The position numbers were made by a program, and so were the translations under genes. Below the pieces are notes generated by a model, which did not search any database, had not been told where the DNA came from, and worked only from the letters and a program-made list of their open reading frames with translations. 64,000 bases of DNA from the human T2T-CHM13v2.0 reference genome, Homo sapiens, in NCBI RefSeq assembly GCF_009914755.1, contig NC_060934.1. One strand, 5' to 3'. Shown here piece by piece: positions 36,081 to 51,149 of the stretch (the stretch's first letter is position 1; every line of letters begins with the position of its first letter).

Positions 36081-36683
36081 TAAGTGGTTACTCTGGCCCC
36101 ATTGTAAACTGTGTGGGTGAAGGAACAGATGCAGAGAGACTGCTTAGGAAGCTATCATAGTAACCAGCAATAGCTGGTGAAGGTTTACACTACAGGGTGT
36201 CAGCAGAGAGGAGCGGTGTGGCTCCATGCAACAAATGAGTCTAGGTTTCAACCTCCCTTATCACCTGACTGGGTATCAGTGTATTAGTTGTCCAGCAGTT
36301 GGATTTGATCACCGAAAATGCTAAAATTGTGAGATTACTATCACACTGTTGAGTGCTCATTATGATTTTACTAAATACAGGCATGGCACTAAGTGCTCTA
36401 TGTGAATCATCTCAGTTCACCTCTCACCAACTTTATGGTAGCTGCTATTATTATCCCCATTTTCACCTGGATAAACTGATACACTTTGTTTTCATAGAAA
36501 TCAGCCTTCTTTTCTCATTCTCTTCTTTTTTCTATTAAATAAATATGCTTAGTATAATAAACTCACATATAATAAATGTTTTCTTTTGGACTAAAAACTA
36601 CTTCTTACCACTACGTTACTAAATTAGTTCAAATATTTGGTTTAGATGTTTCCTGATGAAAACAGAACAGCTTTAAAAAATGA

Positions 36684-36815
<132 letters not shown>

Positions 36816-36854
36816 TAACTTTTAAAATATCTTTTGCCCATCTTTTAAGAGTAG

Positions 36855-37139
<285 letters not shown>

Positions 37140-38214
37140 TGACCCCAGACTCCTTTGAAGAGCTTATAGAGTAAGCTATTACATGTCAAATGTGAGGAAC
37201 CATGATGTGTGGGAAAACTGGCTATACTACAGCAGTCGTTTTCTTTACTTCTTTTGTTTTGTTTTCCCCCATCTATACTTAACCTTTATTCTGGGCCAAA
37301 ATGAAAGTGTTTGTTTGAGACTCATAGCTTTTAGATCCTAGTTAGTCTGACCTACTCCCACTAAAATTAGATTTTCCCATGGGAAAATTATCTAATCGTT
37401 TCTCTAACTGCTAAATAATATATTGTAGTGGGAAAGCATAGTAGAAAATGCAACTTCCTATGTACTTATTCCCAAAATATTGTTTGTTTTGCTTTTCAGT
37501 TTGTTAAATAATCAATCTATCCCTATGGTAACCAAAAAAAATGCAGAAAAAAATCTACACAGACTTTAGGCACTGTCCCTACACATTAAATTCATCAGAA
37601 TGTTCTTTGAAACTCAGTAGGTTCTCTAGACTAGAAAAAGTACATCCTTTTGACCTAAACATCCAACTTGCAATGATCTGCGTGTCCATTGCCTCTCTGC
37701 TGGATGGTCTGCAGCTTCCTCATCTATTCTGCCTTTTTTCTTAACTCTTTCAAGAAGGGTCAATTCGGTTGGAGCCAGGCAGGGAATATAAGTGTGTCAT
37801 TGTGTGCACACGTGGGTCCAGGTTTGAAAACTACAGGTGTATTGTTTACATAACCCCAGCACCAGTGAGGTTTCTTTGTTCTCCAGATTAGTCCAGATAT
37901 TCCTCAAAGCATGGGGCAATTTTTTGTCCCAAAGCTTGCTTAGCGGGAATATGTATTTTAAACTCTATTTTCTAAGGAAACTTTATTATGAATGAAGATG
38001 TGTTCTTAGAGCAGTGATTTTCAAAATAGAAGTTCTGTCATGGGGCCTCAGCCCCCCACACTGAGATGAGGAAGCCAGAGAGTAGGAGGGGTGCCATACG
38101 CTGCCCCATTTCAGGTAATGTACTACTCCTCTACACACTACATACTGGCCCTCCCTTCGCACACAGAATGCCAAAGTTAAAAGAAGTTTGAAATCCATTA
38201 TTCTATAGGAATGA

Positions 38215-38355
38215 AATTAAATATACATATAAATACAGATACTTATATATATTTCATATACACATTTGTAGGTACACACATATACATGCGTGTACATATA
38301 TGTGTAAGTGCATATATACATATCTATGTATATTTATGTACTTGTGTGTATCCAC
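38215..38355. repeat. (TA)/(CA)-rich low-complexity tract
   Basis: Direct reading. Confidence 0.8.
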
Positions 38356-40034
38356 ATTTATCCCAGGGAAATAAACAAGGACCAGTGTCCTGGCTTTAAT
38401 TTCTATTTCATTCCTCTGTTTGACTTCAAACAGTTTTTAAACCTCTTAATATCACACCCCAAGGAGAGACTCTCACAGCTTTTGAATAAGGCACAAGAAC
38501 CCCTCAAATAGACTCAGAGATGTGACTAAACCTAGTGTGCAGGTGGATCCCTCTTACTTCATTTCTAACCCCTCTCCACTCTTCCTTAGCCCTTCCTAAT
38601 TACCTCTTAACATTACTCCATGGGGCAAATGGGAAGTGAGAATAAGCCCTGTTCTTCTCATCTAGAATTTCCAGCCCAGGTTTTCCTCTTCTAGCCATAT
38701 GTGGATATCTAAGGTTACACAGACTTTGGTGAAGACCTTTAGTCCTTCAATGCTGAAAAGCCATCTCATCTGTTGCCAGTTGCTGAACATTATTCCTGGT
38801 CTGGCAGGGGCACCACAGAGATAAGCAGCTTGGTGTTCCAGCCACCATTTTACATAGCAATTTCCAGCCCAAGGCACTGCACCTCTAGATACTCTAGCTG
38901 CTGAAAGAAGCAGATAGCCTTGAGATTCTAGGCCACTGACTATGCTGTAAAATAGGAAGAATATAGCACTTATCCCATATAAAAGTGTTAAAATGAGAAT
39001 CATTCCACTATCTGAGCTTAGTTGCAGAAACTCTAGTGGCCACTAAGCCCCAGTAATGGATTGCTGTCACACAGAAATAGTTATGTGCATTCTAAAATCA
39101 GTGGGTAGGCACATTTACAGATGTATCAATTTCTTGGCTTGGGTCACTATTCCAGTATGTAATAATTTTTTAAGATGATGTACAGATCTATGGAGGAAGA
39201 GGTTGCTTCAAGCAAACTTTATAGAGTTGCAACCCAAGCACATGTATTGAGCTCTGCTTCCCACTTCAGATCCAGGATAACAAATAGGTATCAGCTCATC
39301 TGATTCTTTGGTAGTGTTTTCTGGAGCACTTTAATAAAGAGGTTATGAGCTAACATATTAAAGCTTAAAGGACAAGTGTGCCTAGCTTGATTACTGATGT
39401 CTGCTGTGGGTATGGGAGAAAGGAACCATTTATGGATTATTTGCCATCCCTGCTCTAGTTGCTATTCTGGAATTAGATAGCCAGGCAAATCCTTGATAAC
39501 TCTGCTTCCACTCTTCTTACATGTTATGCATTCACAGCAAAGATGTTTAATCGTGGCTTAATTTGGGTCTTAATGGAAGTGATTTTATCCTGATTGGCTT
39601 GCTGTAAATGTTTAGCCAGTTCATTAAGGACTCAGTGGCCTTATTTTCTCTGGGCTGTGGCATCAGCATTTTCACCTCCATTGATGTCTACCCAGATAGA
39701 GAGCACTTGCCTGGCTCTCTAATTTGAAGACGTGCCCTTTCAAGGGGCCAAAGTTGCTAGGAAAATGGCCATATGGTTTTGCTATCAAATTTTACTTTCC
39801 TTTAATATCCAGCTCTGGTAAACACTCTTTCTACCTTAATCTGTTCCCTTCCTTCCCCACTCTGGATTAATTGTGGCCTTTGGCAAAAATGCCATGTTTG
39901 TTTTAGACCATTTGCCCTTCTGCTTTAGTCCTGAGTGTAAACACTGCCTGATATGTAGAACTACATGCTGGGTTTAGTTCGAGGCTTTATCTCCAGGTGC
40001 TCACCTGGGGTGGATTCGCTCATTGATCACACAG

Positions 40035-40142
40035 GTCCTTTTGCAAGGCTGTCGAAGTGTAGAATTGGACTGCTGGGACGGAGACGATGGGATGCCCATC
40101 ATTTATCATGGACATACGCTGACAACCAAGATCCCCTTCAAG
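40035..40142 (+). CDS. PLCE1: PLCE1 coding exon (recalled exon 17), X box
   Basis: cacacAG|gtcctt and ttcaag|GTaatc; encodes [36 protein letters not shown], with the [11 protein letters not shown] motif and second catalytic His at 40107-40109; 108 nt, phase 0 to 0. Confidence 0.98.
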
Positions 40143-40200
40143 GTAATCCTTCATAACTTTCTTTAAATCAAATCACAAAGAGACATTATCTTCATTTGTC

Positions 40201-40510
40201 TTTTTTTTTTTTTTTTTTTTTTTTTTGAGACGGGTTCTCGCTCTGTTATCCAGGCTGGAGTAGAGTGGTACCATCTTGGCTCACTGCAACCTCTGCCTCC
40301 GAGGTTCAAGAGATTCTCCTACATCAGCCTCCCAAGTAGCTAGGATTACAAGCCCATACCATCAAGCCCAGCCAATTTTTGTATTTCCAGTAGAGATGGG
40401 GTTTCACCACGTTGGCCAGGCTGGTCTCAAACTCCTGACCTCAAGTGCTCCGCCCGCCCCTCAGCCTCCCAAAGTACCGGGATTACAGACGTGAGCCACC
40501 GTGCCTGGCC
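40201..40510 (-). mobile_element. Alu
   Basis: Reverse dimer starting 58 nt after the donor at 40142. Confidence 0.94.
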
Positions 40511-41592
40511 TTCATTCTTTATTTAAATCAGTGACTTGACCAAATTACACCTTAGATCAAGGGTCTTTATGCTGGGTCTAAATGAAGACTTCCCAAAAGT
40601 GTTTGCTGTATCATGTGGAATGTGCACATGTTCATTTTTCTGGAGTTAATCTAGAACTCTCATTAGATTCCCCATTCAACCCAAGTTAGTAACCATTACC
40701 TTACATTAGTTAGCATGTAATAATATTGTTGCAATTTTTACGTAATATGATATATAAAGGCAAGGTCTATTTTCCTGCTATAGGAATTAATGGTCATTTG
40801 TCCTAGTGTCATGCTGACAAAGGCCAATGTCAGGAGTTAGGAGATGGTTAAATAGTTAGCATTATAATGTAATGAGCATCAGTTCCACCTAAGAAGATTG
40901 GTCACCCAGGAAGACTGATCTCACTGGATTTGTGTTTCAAATTCTGGGTAGCTTATTAGTTGAGTTATGCAATTACTACCTTCATTCAGAGGGTCTTAGG
41001 CTATATAACATAATTTTTCTCTGAACTGTGGCCAGGTTGTGAAGGAATATTATTTTTATTTTACATGTAGAAATAGTGGCTAAAATGCATTTTCTCCTCA
41101 ACTTGGTTTCCTATTTAGCATTCCTAAAACTCCTGTATGCTATATTGGCATGGGCATGAGTTGATAACTGTGTTTACATATACACATAAATATATGTGAC
41201 ATATGTCTTATTGCCTCAAATAAATTATAAACTCTTTATAAGCAAGAAAGTATTTTATGCTTAATTATGTTTGCTGCTATAACTAGGACAGTGTCTTTTA
41301 CCTGCAATATACTCTATATATGTATACAGAGAGAGTATATGTATATAAATAGATTTGTTAAATTCAATATGATAGTTGTTCCTTATAGTATGTGAACAAT
41401 ACTCACTATAAAGTTTAATGTCTTTCTACAAAATGGCCTTATCCTCATGCTTCATTTGAAAATACGAAAACCATCTTTGGCCAGAGTCTGCTGCATGTAA
41501 CAATTGAGATGCTTTCTGTGGCTATAACTACCCTGCCTTCTGACCACCTTGACAGATATCTGGACTCTAATGAGCTGTTTTGGCTCTCATAG

Positions 41593-41709
41593 GAAGTGGT
41601 TGAAGCCATTGATCGCAGTGCCTTCATCAACTCTGACCTGCCAATCATCATATCGATTGAGAACCACTGTTCATTGCCTCAGCAACGAAAAATGGCAGAA
41701 ATTTTCAAG
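41593..41709 (+). CDS. PLCE1: PLCE1 coding exon (recalled exon 18), X box
   Basis: ctcatAG|gaagtg and ttcaag|GTgagc; encodes [39 protein letters not shown]; 117 nt. Confidence 0.97.
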
Positions 41710-41713
41710 GTGA

Positions 41714-42076
<363 letters not shown>

Positions 42077-42367
42077 GTCATTAGGTTTAAATGAGGCCTT
42101 TGTGGACTATGCTGCAATTAGACCTTGGCTGTGAAGCATATACAGTTAGGGTCCCACAAACCTGAGAAATTGGGCTGTTCTTAGAGCCTGGGCCCTCTCT
42201 GGGATGGTCCCTATTTTCAGCTGGAGTGATATAAGTATTGCTCTCTGGTCTCCTTACCCTTTCCAGAAAGCCTTAGGAGATTAGGATAGACCAACTCTCC
42301 AACACTTCTGGTACCACAAGTCAGGGATGCCAGGATGTCATCTGTCAGTTGTATGTGGAAAAGCTGA

Positions 42368-42720
<353 letters not shown>

Positions 42721-42834
42721 AAGAAGATCTTCTTATACCACAGTACAAAGATCCAAGTTAGCAAAGAGCTTAGACTGGCCAGAACAGTTGCTGTGTTAAC
42801 AGTCAGTCCTTCCTTATATAAGGGTATGATAATG

Positions 42835-43819
42835 TATCAGGGGAACCTGCCCCCAATGTTTCAACGTAGGTTCTTTCTATTTTCCCTAAGTGTCAGCCAG
42901 TCTGAGATATAAAGAGAAAGAATACAAAGAGAGGAATTTTACAGCTGGGCTGCTGGGGGCGACATCACATATTGATAGGTCCATGATGCCCACCTGAGCC
43001 GCAAACCCAGCAAGTTTTATTAAGGATTTCAAAAGGGGTTTACAAACAGGGAGTAGGTCACATGCTTCAAGGGACAAAAGGCAGAGCAAGGATCACATGC
43101 TTCTGAGGAAACAGGACCAGGGCAAAATCAGAAACTCCTGATAAGGGTCTACGTTCAGCGGTGTACGTATTGTCTTGATAAACATATTAACAGAAAACAG
43201 GGTTCAAGAGCAGAGAACCGGTCTGACCTCAAATTTACCAGGGCTGGGGTTTCCCAATCCTAGTAAGCCTGAAGGTACTGCAGGAGACCAGGGCATGTCT
43301 CAGTCCTTATCTCAACTGCATAGGACAGACATTCCCAGAGCAGCTGTTTATAGACCTCCCCCCAGGAATGCAATTCTTTTCCTAGGGTCTTAATATTATA
43401 TTCCTTGCTAGGAAAAGAATTTAGCAATATCTCTCCTACTTGCACGTCTGTTTATAGGCTCTCTGCAACAAGAAAAATATGGCTCTTTTTGCCTGACCCT
43501 GCAGGCGGTCACACCTTGTGGTTGTCTTCCCTTGTTCCCTAAAATCGCTGTTATTCTGTTCATTTTCAAGGTGCACTGATTTCATATTGTCCAAACACAC
43601 ATGTTTTACAATCAATTTGTACAATAGTGGTCCTGAGGTGACGTACATTTTCAGCTTACAAAGATAACAGGATTAAGAGATTGAAGTAAAGACAGGCATA
43701 AGAAATTAAAAAGTATGAATTTTGGGAACGATAAACGTCCGTGAAATCTTCACAATTTATGTTCCTCTGCCACGGCTCCAGCTGGTCCCTCCGTTCGGGA
43801 TCCCTGACTTCCCACAACA
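42835..43819 (-). mobile_element. Solo MER11 LTR (HERV-K11/HML-8 family)
   Basis: Minus strand begins TGTTGTGGGAAGTCAGGGATCCCGAACGGAGGGACCAGCTGG and ends GGGGGCAGGTTCCCCTGATA; perfect 6-bp TSD ATAATG at 42829-42834 and 43820-43825. Confidence 0.9.
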
Positions 43820-44025
43820 ATAATGCACCCAGATTTAGAAGCAGATATTCCATTATACTTCCCCCTTCCTTTAATGGTAGAGGCATTTGTGGAAATGAGG
43901 CTCTCAGTGGGAAAGAGGGGCACTGACAAAATGTCCCCAAATATTAATGCCAACAAAACTAATTAACTTTTCATATTGTCCTGGCCTAAGCTTTGATTTT
44001 TTTTTTCAATTAAAAAATAACTCAA

Positions 44026-44125
44026 GGCCAGGCCCAGTGGCTCACACCTGTAATCCTAGCACTTTGGGAGGCTGAGGCGGGTGGATCGCTTGAGCTCAGG
44101 AGTTCGAGACCAGCCTGGGCAACAA
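44026..44125 (+). mobile_element. Alu left-arm fragment
   Basis: Ends abruptly with no tail. Confidence 0.85.
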
Positions 44126-44668
44126 TGGAGTTGATATAAGCATTGTGTCTGCTTTCCCTCCACCCACCTCCTTGACAGACACACATTCTGCTTTGGAGAT
44201 CCATGCTCAAAATCTTTGTGAGAATTGTGTCTGTGGTTCTTTACACTATGTGGACGCAAATTCTACCTATGTCTTTGTCCCTACTCCCTACCCCCTCCAA
44301 AGTTTTATCCTTTTGACTTGACTTCATCTGAAACTAACCTTATTCTACAAACAACAGCCTCTAACTGATTCTCTGTTTTCTTATTTAATACATCAGACCA
44401 CAGAATATTTTCCTAAATAGTTAGAACTGACACCAGCTGCAGAGTGGCCTCGACCTCTCCTCCTGTCCTTCTAAACACCTCCCTTCCTTTCAGTAAGAAA
44501 CTGTGAAGGGGGCAGGAGCAGGGGACAGCTTCTTTCCTAGTTCCTCTTCCTAAGACTTTTTAAATAATTCAACCAGTCTAAAATATCTACTATGTTTATG
44601 AAGTGTACATATATTTATCAATTATAGATAAAAGGCATTGATTGTATGTTTTCCTTCATTCTTTTTAG

Positions 44669-44869
<201 letters not shown>

Positions 44870-45251
44870 TAGAACAAAGAAAAATAACATCATTCTAACC
44901 TTTCAGATGACCTGCTGGTTTACTAGTTTTTCAAGACTGACTTTCCTTAAATGATAAGTTTGATTTTGGGCTTTTCATTCCATAGACCAATAAATTCTCT
45001 CATCTCACTCACCCAAGATTTAATTTGTGGAATAGTTCCCACATAGAATATACCTCCGTTATTTAATTTATTCTGAGTGGGATGAAGTGTGACTGTTGTG
45101 TCTGAAACTGAGCTTAGGGGGTTGTTCATCCCATAATGGCTGCTATAGTCCCCTTTAGGGAGAGTCCCCTTAGGGGAGCCCTTGGCATGGGGCCTGTAGT
45201 AGAAGCCCAAAAGCCATAGCCCTGTGATCCCAGCGTATCACTAGTTTATGC

Positions 45252-45294
45252 TGCTTGGGCCCAGATCCGGACAACAGAGATCTGGGCCCAAGCA
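45252..45294. repeat. Perfect 16-bp inverted repeat with an 11-nt loop
   Basis: tgcttgggcccagatc-cggacaacaga-gatctgggcccaagca. Confidence 0.95.
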
Positions 45295-46660
45295 CGACAA
45301 ACCCACCTGTGTAGGAGACCCTCGGCTCAAAGGTCTGTGAAAAAGTTCAGGTACAGAACACTGAGTCCATTTTCCAGTCTGCACCTACTTATCCCACAGG
45401 ATGACAGCTGACAAAACTATTTGTCCTACTTAGGAGGGCACTGTTGGTCCTAAAACATCACTTTGGAAACTAGCCAGCTACAGACTTGCTCTCAGGCTGG
45501 CTCAAAGAGTACAGGCACACAGATGCTAAACATACAGAAACCAGTTTCTTTACAAACATCCGAACCTGCATATTCCCTTGAAGTGTTTGTGTCCTCTGAA
45601 GGTAATACATTACCCAATTTGAAGATCACCCATGATTCTGGGCCAAAAGTTGCAAAATCAGCCACTTTCAGGGGCTAAGCAGGAAACATCAGTGTGAGGA
45701 GCCAGCTGGATACAGGACAGCTGGAAGTGGTGAGGACAGGAGTGGAGTGTGCACGCCGTGTCAAAGAACAGCTCTAATTCAATTATTTTTAAACACTGCA
45801 CCAGCCAAACAAGTCAGGTCTGGAGGTGCAGTCAGCCCCAAGGGCCACCAGTTGGAGACCTCCAGTAGGTCTACCTTTATCCAGATCTGCACTTCCAAAT
45901 CTGCTCCAGGTGACCTTGCTTTTGCTTGGGTTTCAGAGGCCATGGCACCTATGCTGATGGGCCTTGTTACAAAGTTATTTAAATGTTAGCATGTATACTC
46001 TACCTTGCCTTCCTCAAATGCCACATCAGTGACTGACCACCCAGTGTGGTGCTTTTTCTTCTAGAGCCCTGTTCATCTGTGCTGTTTTCTTTATCCAACA
46101 ATTCCTGCCCAGTCCTCACTGCCAAGCAGATAAAGCTGCTAACCACACATACCACTGTGGTCTTCAAGATAAATGATAAATGTGAATGTCCTTGCCTTTT
46201 CCATTCTGTGCACAGTCATTTGCAGTTACTTATAAGGCCTTCATTCCACTAATGAACAGAAGTCTTTTTTATGTTGAGCCCAAATCTTCCTTCCTTTTCC
46301 TCCTTCTCATTGGCCCTCCCTCTTCCCTCTGCAGCTGTACAGACTAATTTTATATTTAGAAAGCTATCATGTGTTTCCCCACCAGCTTTTCTTCTCCAAG
46401 CTAAAAATTCTTGTTGTGCCAACTGTTCCTGACAGGATATGGTTGCTAAGACTCTTTACTTACCATTAAGAATATCGTAGATATTCTTAAATTTGTGGAT
46501 ATTCTTGAATTCGTCAATCTGAAAATGTGATTTCCAGAACTAAATCAGTATTCTAGGTAGTATATTACAGCACAAGAACAGTGAAACCATCACCTCCCCT
46601 AATTTGAACTTTAAACCTTTGTTAATACAGCCTCAGACTGTCTGCTTTTCAAAAATTCTT

Positions 46661-46954
46661 GGCCAGCCGCTGTGGCTCACGCCTGTAATCCCAGCACTTT
46701 GGGAGGCCGAGGCAGGTCGATTGCTTGAATCTAGGAGTTCAAGACAAGCCTGGGCAACATATCAAATCCCCATCTCTACACAAAATATAAAAATTAGCTG
46801 GGCATGGTGGCATGTGCCTGTATTCCCAGCTACTGGAGAGGCTGAGGCAGGAGGATCACCTGAGCCTGGGAGGCCAAGGCTGCAATGAGCCATGTTGTGC
46901 CACTGCATACCAGTCTGGGCCATAGAGTAAGACCCTGACTCAAAAAAAAAAAAA
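46661..46954 (+). mobile_element. Alu (AluJ-like)
   Basis: Full dimer with TSD aaaaattctt. Confidence 0.93.
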
Positions 46955-49329
46955 ATTCTTTAGCACACACTGAGCTCATGTTGAGCTTGTAGAAAACAAA
47001 AAGCATTCAGTTATTTTCATATAGACTGTTCTTATGCCCAGCGTTCCCATTTTTCCAGATTAACAATGAATTTTAACCTTTTGTATATGGGAGCCTCACA
47101 TTTATCTCTATTTCTGCTCTTCTTGGTTTTGGTATATTATTACGTCCTACAAAGTTCTTTGTGAATTTTGTTTCTGTCATCTGGTACATTTATTAGCAGT
47201 TTCTCAAACTGTGTCTTCATCCCAAGTTGCCCTTGAGTCAGCCAGCCACATGGAGAGGCCTGTGCCCTTCTTAAATAAGCCCCCTGGCATTTGATGATTA
47301 TTGCCCCCGTCTGGTGCTCTCCTCTCTTGTAGCCTGCATTTCCCAGAGTGTGCTTCGACTTCTTTATTGATTTCTTTATTTATAAAATAGAAAACTGAAA
47401 CCTGGCCACTTGTGTGACTTTCTCAAGGCCACCCAGCTCATAGCAATAGAGCTTAGTCTCAGACTTGGGTCTTTAGAGAAGCCCTTTTCAAAGGTGATAC
47501 AGAAGTCAGAGTACATTAATAAGAATAATCGCTGGAGCACTTTGAAAAACAGATTCTAAGGTCACAAATCTGACTGACTAAGTCAGAATTTCCAGAAGAA
47601 AGGCCTGGTCATCTGTTTATATAAAAATAATTCCTTAAGTCACCATGGTGTCTGCGTAAAAAATAATAACAATAATAATTCTTATTATCCTGGAAGTTTG
47701 AGAAACACTATTTATCTGCTGTTTTTCCCATAAAGTGAATTATCTTATCCAAAACAGCTAAGGAGGTCACTGTGTGGTAAACTTGTTCTTAGTAGATCCA
47801 CTCTAACTCTTGCAAATCACCTCTTTATTTTCTAAGTTCTCACAAACCAAGTGATTAATACCCCATCATGAAATTTTGTCAGCTATCACCTTGACACTGC
47901 CCACAGTATAATTTCCACAACTTACTTGTTCCTTATTTTGGAAAAATGGGACAATATAATCCCTATTGCCAGTTTTCTAAGACTGCTTGCAACCTTTCAT
48001 GATGACTTCCCAAGGGGTACCAGCAATGATTCCACAGTCACATCCGTAAGGCCTTTCTGTTTTCTGGTAGATCATGGGTCTAGACCTAGTGATGATCTGA
48101 CCTCAAATAAACCAGGTGATCCAGAGCTCCAGTGGGCTCAGACCTACCCGCTAACATAGAAGGCCGGAGTCATTTCCCATACAAAGAACTCACCCTCAGC
48201 AAGGATGGATTGACTCAGAGCAGGATTTCTGAAGCCCTCCACCTGCCTCTGGCTTGTACTGAGATGCATCCTGAGGTCTCCTAACTATACCCCACCAGGA
48301 TCCTCCAGGATTCTGACATTCCTCTCCTGAATTTGAACCCAAAAAACTCAGTTCACCTTAAATGACAGACACTGCGGCTAGGTACTGGGGAAACAGAGAA
48401 GTGTAAGACATTGCTCCTGCTTAGCCCTATGAGGGCCAGTCTCCTCATCTGACCCATACCTCCAACCACAACCTATATCCGAGTTACTTTTATTCAGGGG
48501 CTGAGGTCCCATTTTTCTACCCTAGAATAAGTAGGATATTGCATAGAAGGGTCCCAGCTGTTGGCCGTTTGTTGGGCTACCTCTCCCATGCTTCTCCTTG
48601 AGCATCTTGGGGGCCTTGGCACTCCACTTTCAGACACTGCTATTCGTGGTTCTTTGAGCAGTGTCCTTCTCCCATACAGTTCTCATGCTTCCCTGCCAGT
48701 GGGGTCTGTCCAGCCCTTGGCGTCATCATTCCCAGCACTTGGCATTACCTTGAGTGCTCGCTGAGTCAAGGCCCTTCTCTTATCAGCGATAAACAGACCT
48801 GCTTTTGTGGCTCACTTGTGCCTACAACAGATTTCCCAAAGTTTTGAAGAACACTAATCCTATGAGAGACTCTGAGAAGAGAAAGACAGGGGAAAAAAAT
48901 TTCCTGGTTAAGTAAGCATGGGAAATGCTGCACTGGAGATCTTTGAAGACTCGTGATGCCCTTTAGCGTATTAAATGAAGGCTGTGTGAAACCCTGTAGT
49001 AGGAATGTGTTCAGGTTTGGTTAAGCTGCTGCTTCCAGGCATTCAGTGTATCTTGTGGTTCCTGTAATTGTCAGTTTTTCCATAACACCTATTAACACCC
49101 ACCGAGCTCCATAAAACCCACTTTGAGAAATCGCAGCCTAGACCATGTCCAGTTATCTGGAATGGACTGCTTTGTAATACATTTCATCTGGATATGGACA
49201 CAGCCTAAATTGTATCTTCCTTATGTATACATATTCATTATAAAGGTAATATAACCACATTTCAAAAATTTAGGGAATAGAGAATTATTTTAAAACATAC
49301 ATAATTCCAGGGTCAAACACAACTGTATT

Positions 49330-49806
49330 ACACGAGTTCTTAACCTTGGTAATATCCACAAATAGAATTTAGGGAGTCTACGAATATAAATGGAAAAAAA
49401 TTACATCTTTATTTTCACTAACCTCTAGCTGAAATTTAGCATTTCCTCTGATCATAAATGTAGGGAATAAACTACAGTAATATAGGCAATACCTATTGTC
49501 ATCAATAGAAATGGCAACTTTTTCATTATACTTCACAGTTGTCGCTAATATCTCCAAGAATTATTTATGCTCAATTTATATTTTCAAAAATGTTAATTAA
49601 CTTACTACTATGTTTTCTACTGTGTTAATAAACACATATATTCTAATAGCACAAATTTGTTCCTATAACATGTGATCACTGTATTCAACAGTATTTCCTT
49701 TGTAACCATTTCATTTTATGCATTTAAAACATCATTCTGAGAAGGGATCCTGTCTCACCAGACAACCAGAGAAGTCTGTGATGCAAAAACAAGTGAAGAA
49801 CCCCTG
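49330..49806. mobile_element. Old hAT-Charlie-type DNA transposon fossil (subfamily uncertain)
   Basis: Ends gagttcttaacctt / gtgaagaacccctg; internal ttacatctttattttcactaacctcta; by eye. Confidence 0.5.
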
Positions 49807-49849
49807 CCATATTAACATTTAATATCTAGGACTTCGTGACTGTCATTTT

Positions 49850-50055
49850 ATATAATTGCACTTTAAATATATAAAACAAATACAGAATTATATGTATATT
49901 TATATAGTGTATATATTTACATGTATAGCTATTATCTGTATGCACACACATACATTATATATAGTATATATTAGCACACATGTATGCACACATACACATG
50001 CAGAATTATATATGTGTGTATATATAATCTATATAGTATATTCAATGCATAAATA
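49850..50055. repeat. (TA)/(CA)-rich low-complexity tract
   Basis: Direct reading. Confidence 0.8.
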
Positions 50056-50837
50056 TTGAATAAAAGAATTTGTTCACTTCCTTTGTTCAATAAATATATA
50101 TCAATTATTTTTTCATATCTCATTCTCTCCAGCAGACAACCATTGCTTACTGACCCCGTTCCTCTACCCCGTTTAGATTGTTTCCTGCATTTAGTTCATG
50201 CAAGTAACGTTTCCTATATTTCAGATGATTTTCTTAAGCTAGGTAGGTTCCCAGACCTGTACTGATGCTTATCACTTCACAGTAATTCCAGTAAACACGG
50301 AGTATGTGACCTCCCTGGCTGCACACATCAAGTTTCCTAAAGTTTCTAGGCCTGTTTTGTTAATCTGATTTATGGTTCAGAAAGCCGTTTGAAAACAATT
50401 TTATTTAAACCAACAACAATTCTTTTGGCCTCTTTGTCCATAGGGATTCTAATATTGTTCTCAAGGTCAGGAGCCTGTAGATATTATTTTAAGAAGGGGA
50501 AAAAATGGTTTCTTAACAGAGACATACTTCTGAAAAATTGATGGGTGATTCACTTCTTCAGTCACTTGGGATTGATGCTGGTTCTCCAAATCACCAAAGC
50601 TTTCTCTTGGAGGGGTTGTCCTGGGAACCTGGCTAGCTGGGCACTGCACACAGTCTTCTGGAGATTGTTTATAAAAGCTCCAGGATTCTTCCTGTAGGAA
50701 TGCTAACGTTCACCCAAGTGTTGACATTGCATTTCGAGGGAATCTAGATTTTTTTCTCCTCTCCCAAATGTATCAAAATAGGTTAAGCCACTTTTAACGA
50801 TTGTGTTAAACATCAGGGGTAGTTTTAAAGGTTATAA

Positions 50838-51149
<312 letters not shown>

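Noticed and set aside
46936-48770. Several AP-1/ARE-like TGA(C/G)TCA motifs (also TGACTCAGC at 15639)
   Set aside because: Short motifs expected several times by chance in 64 kb; one lies inside an Alu; no chromatin data
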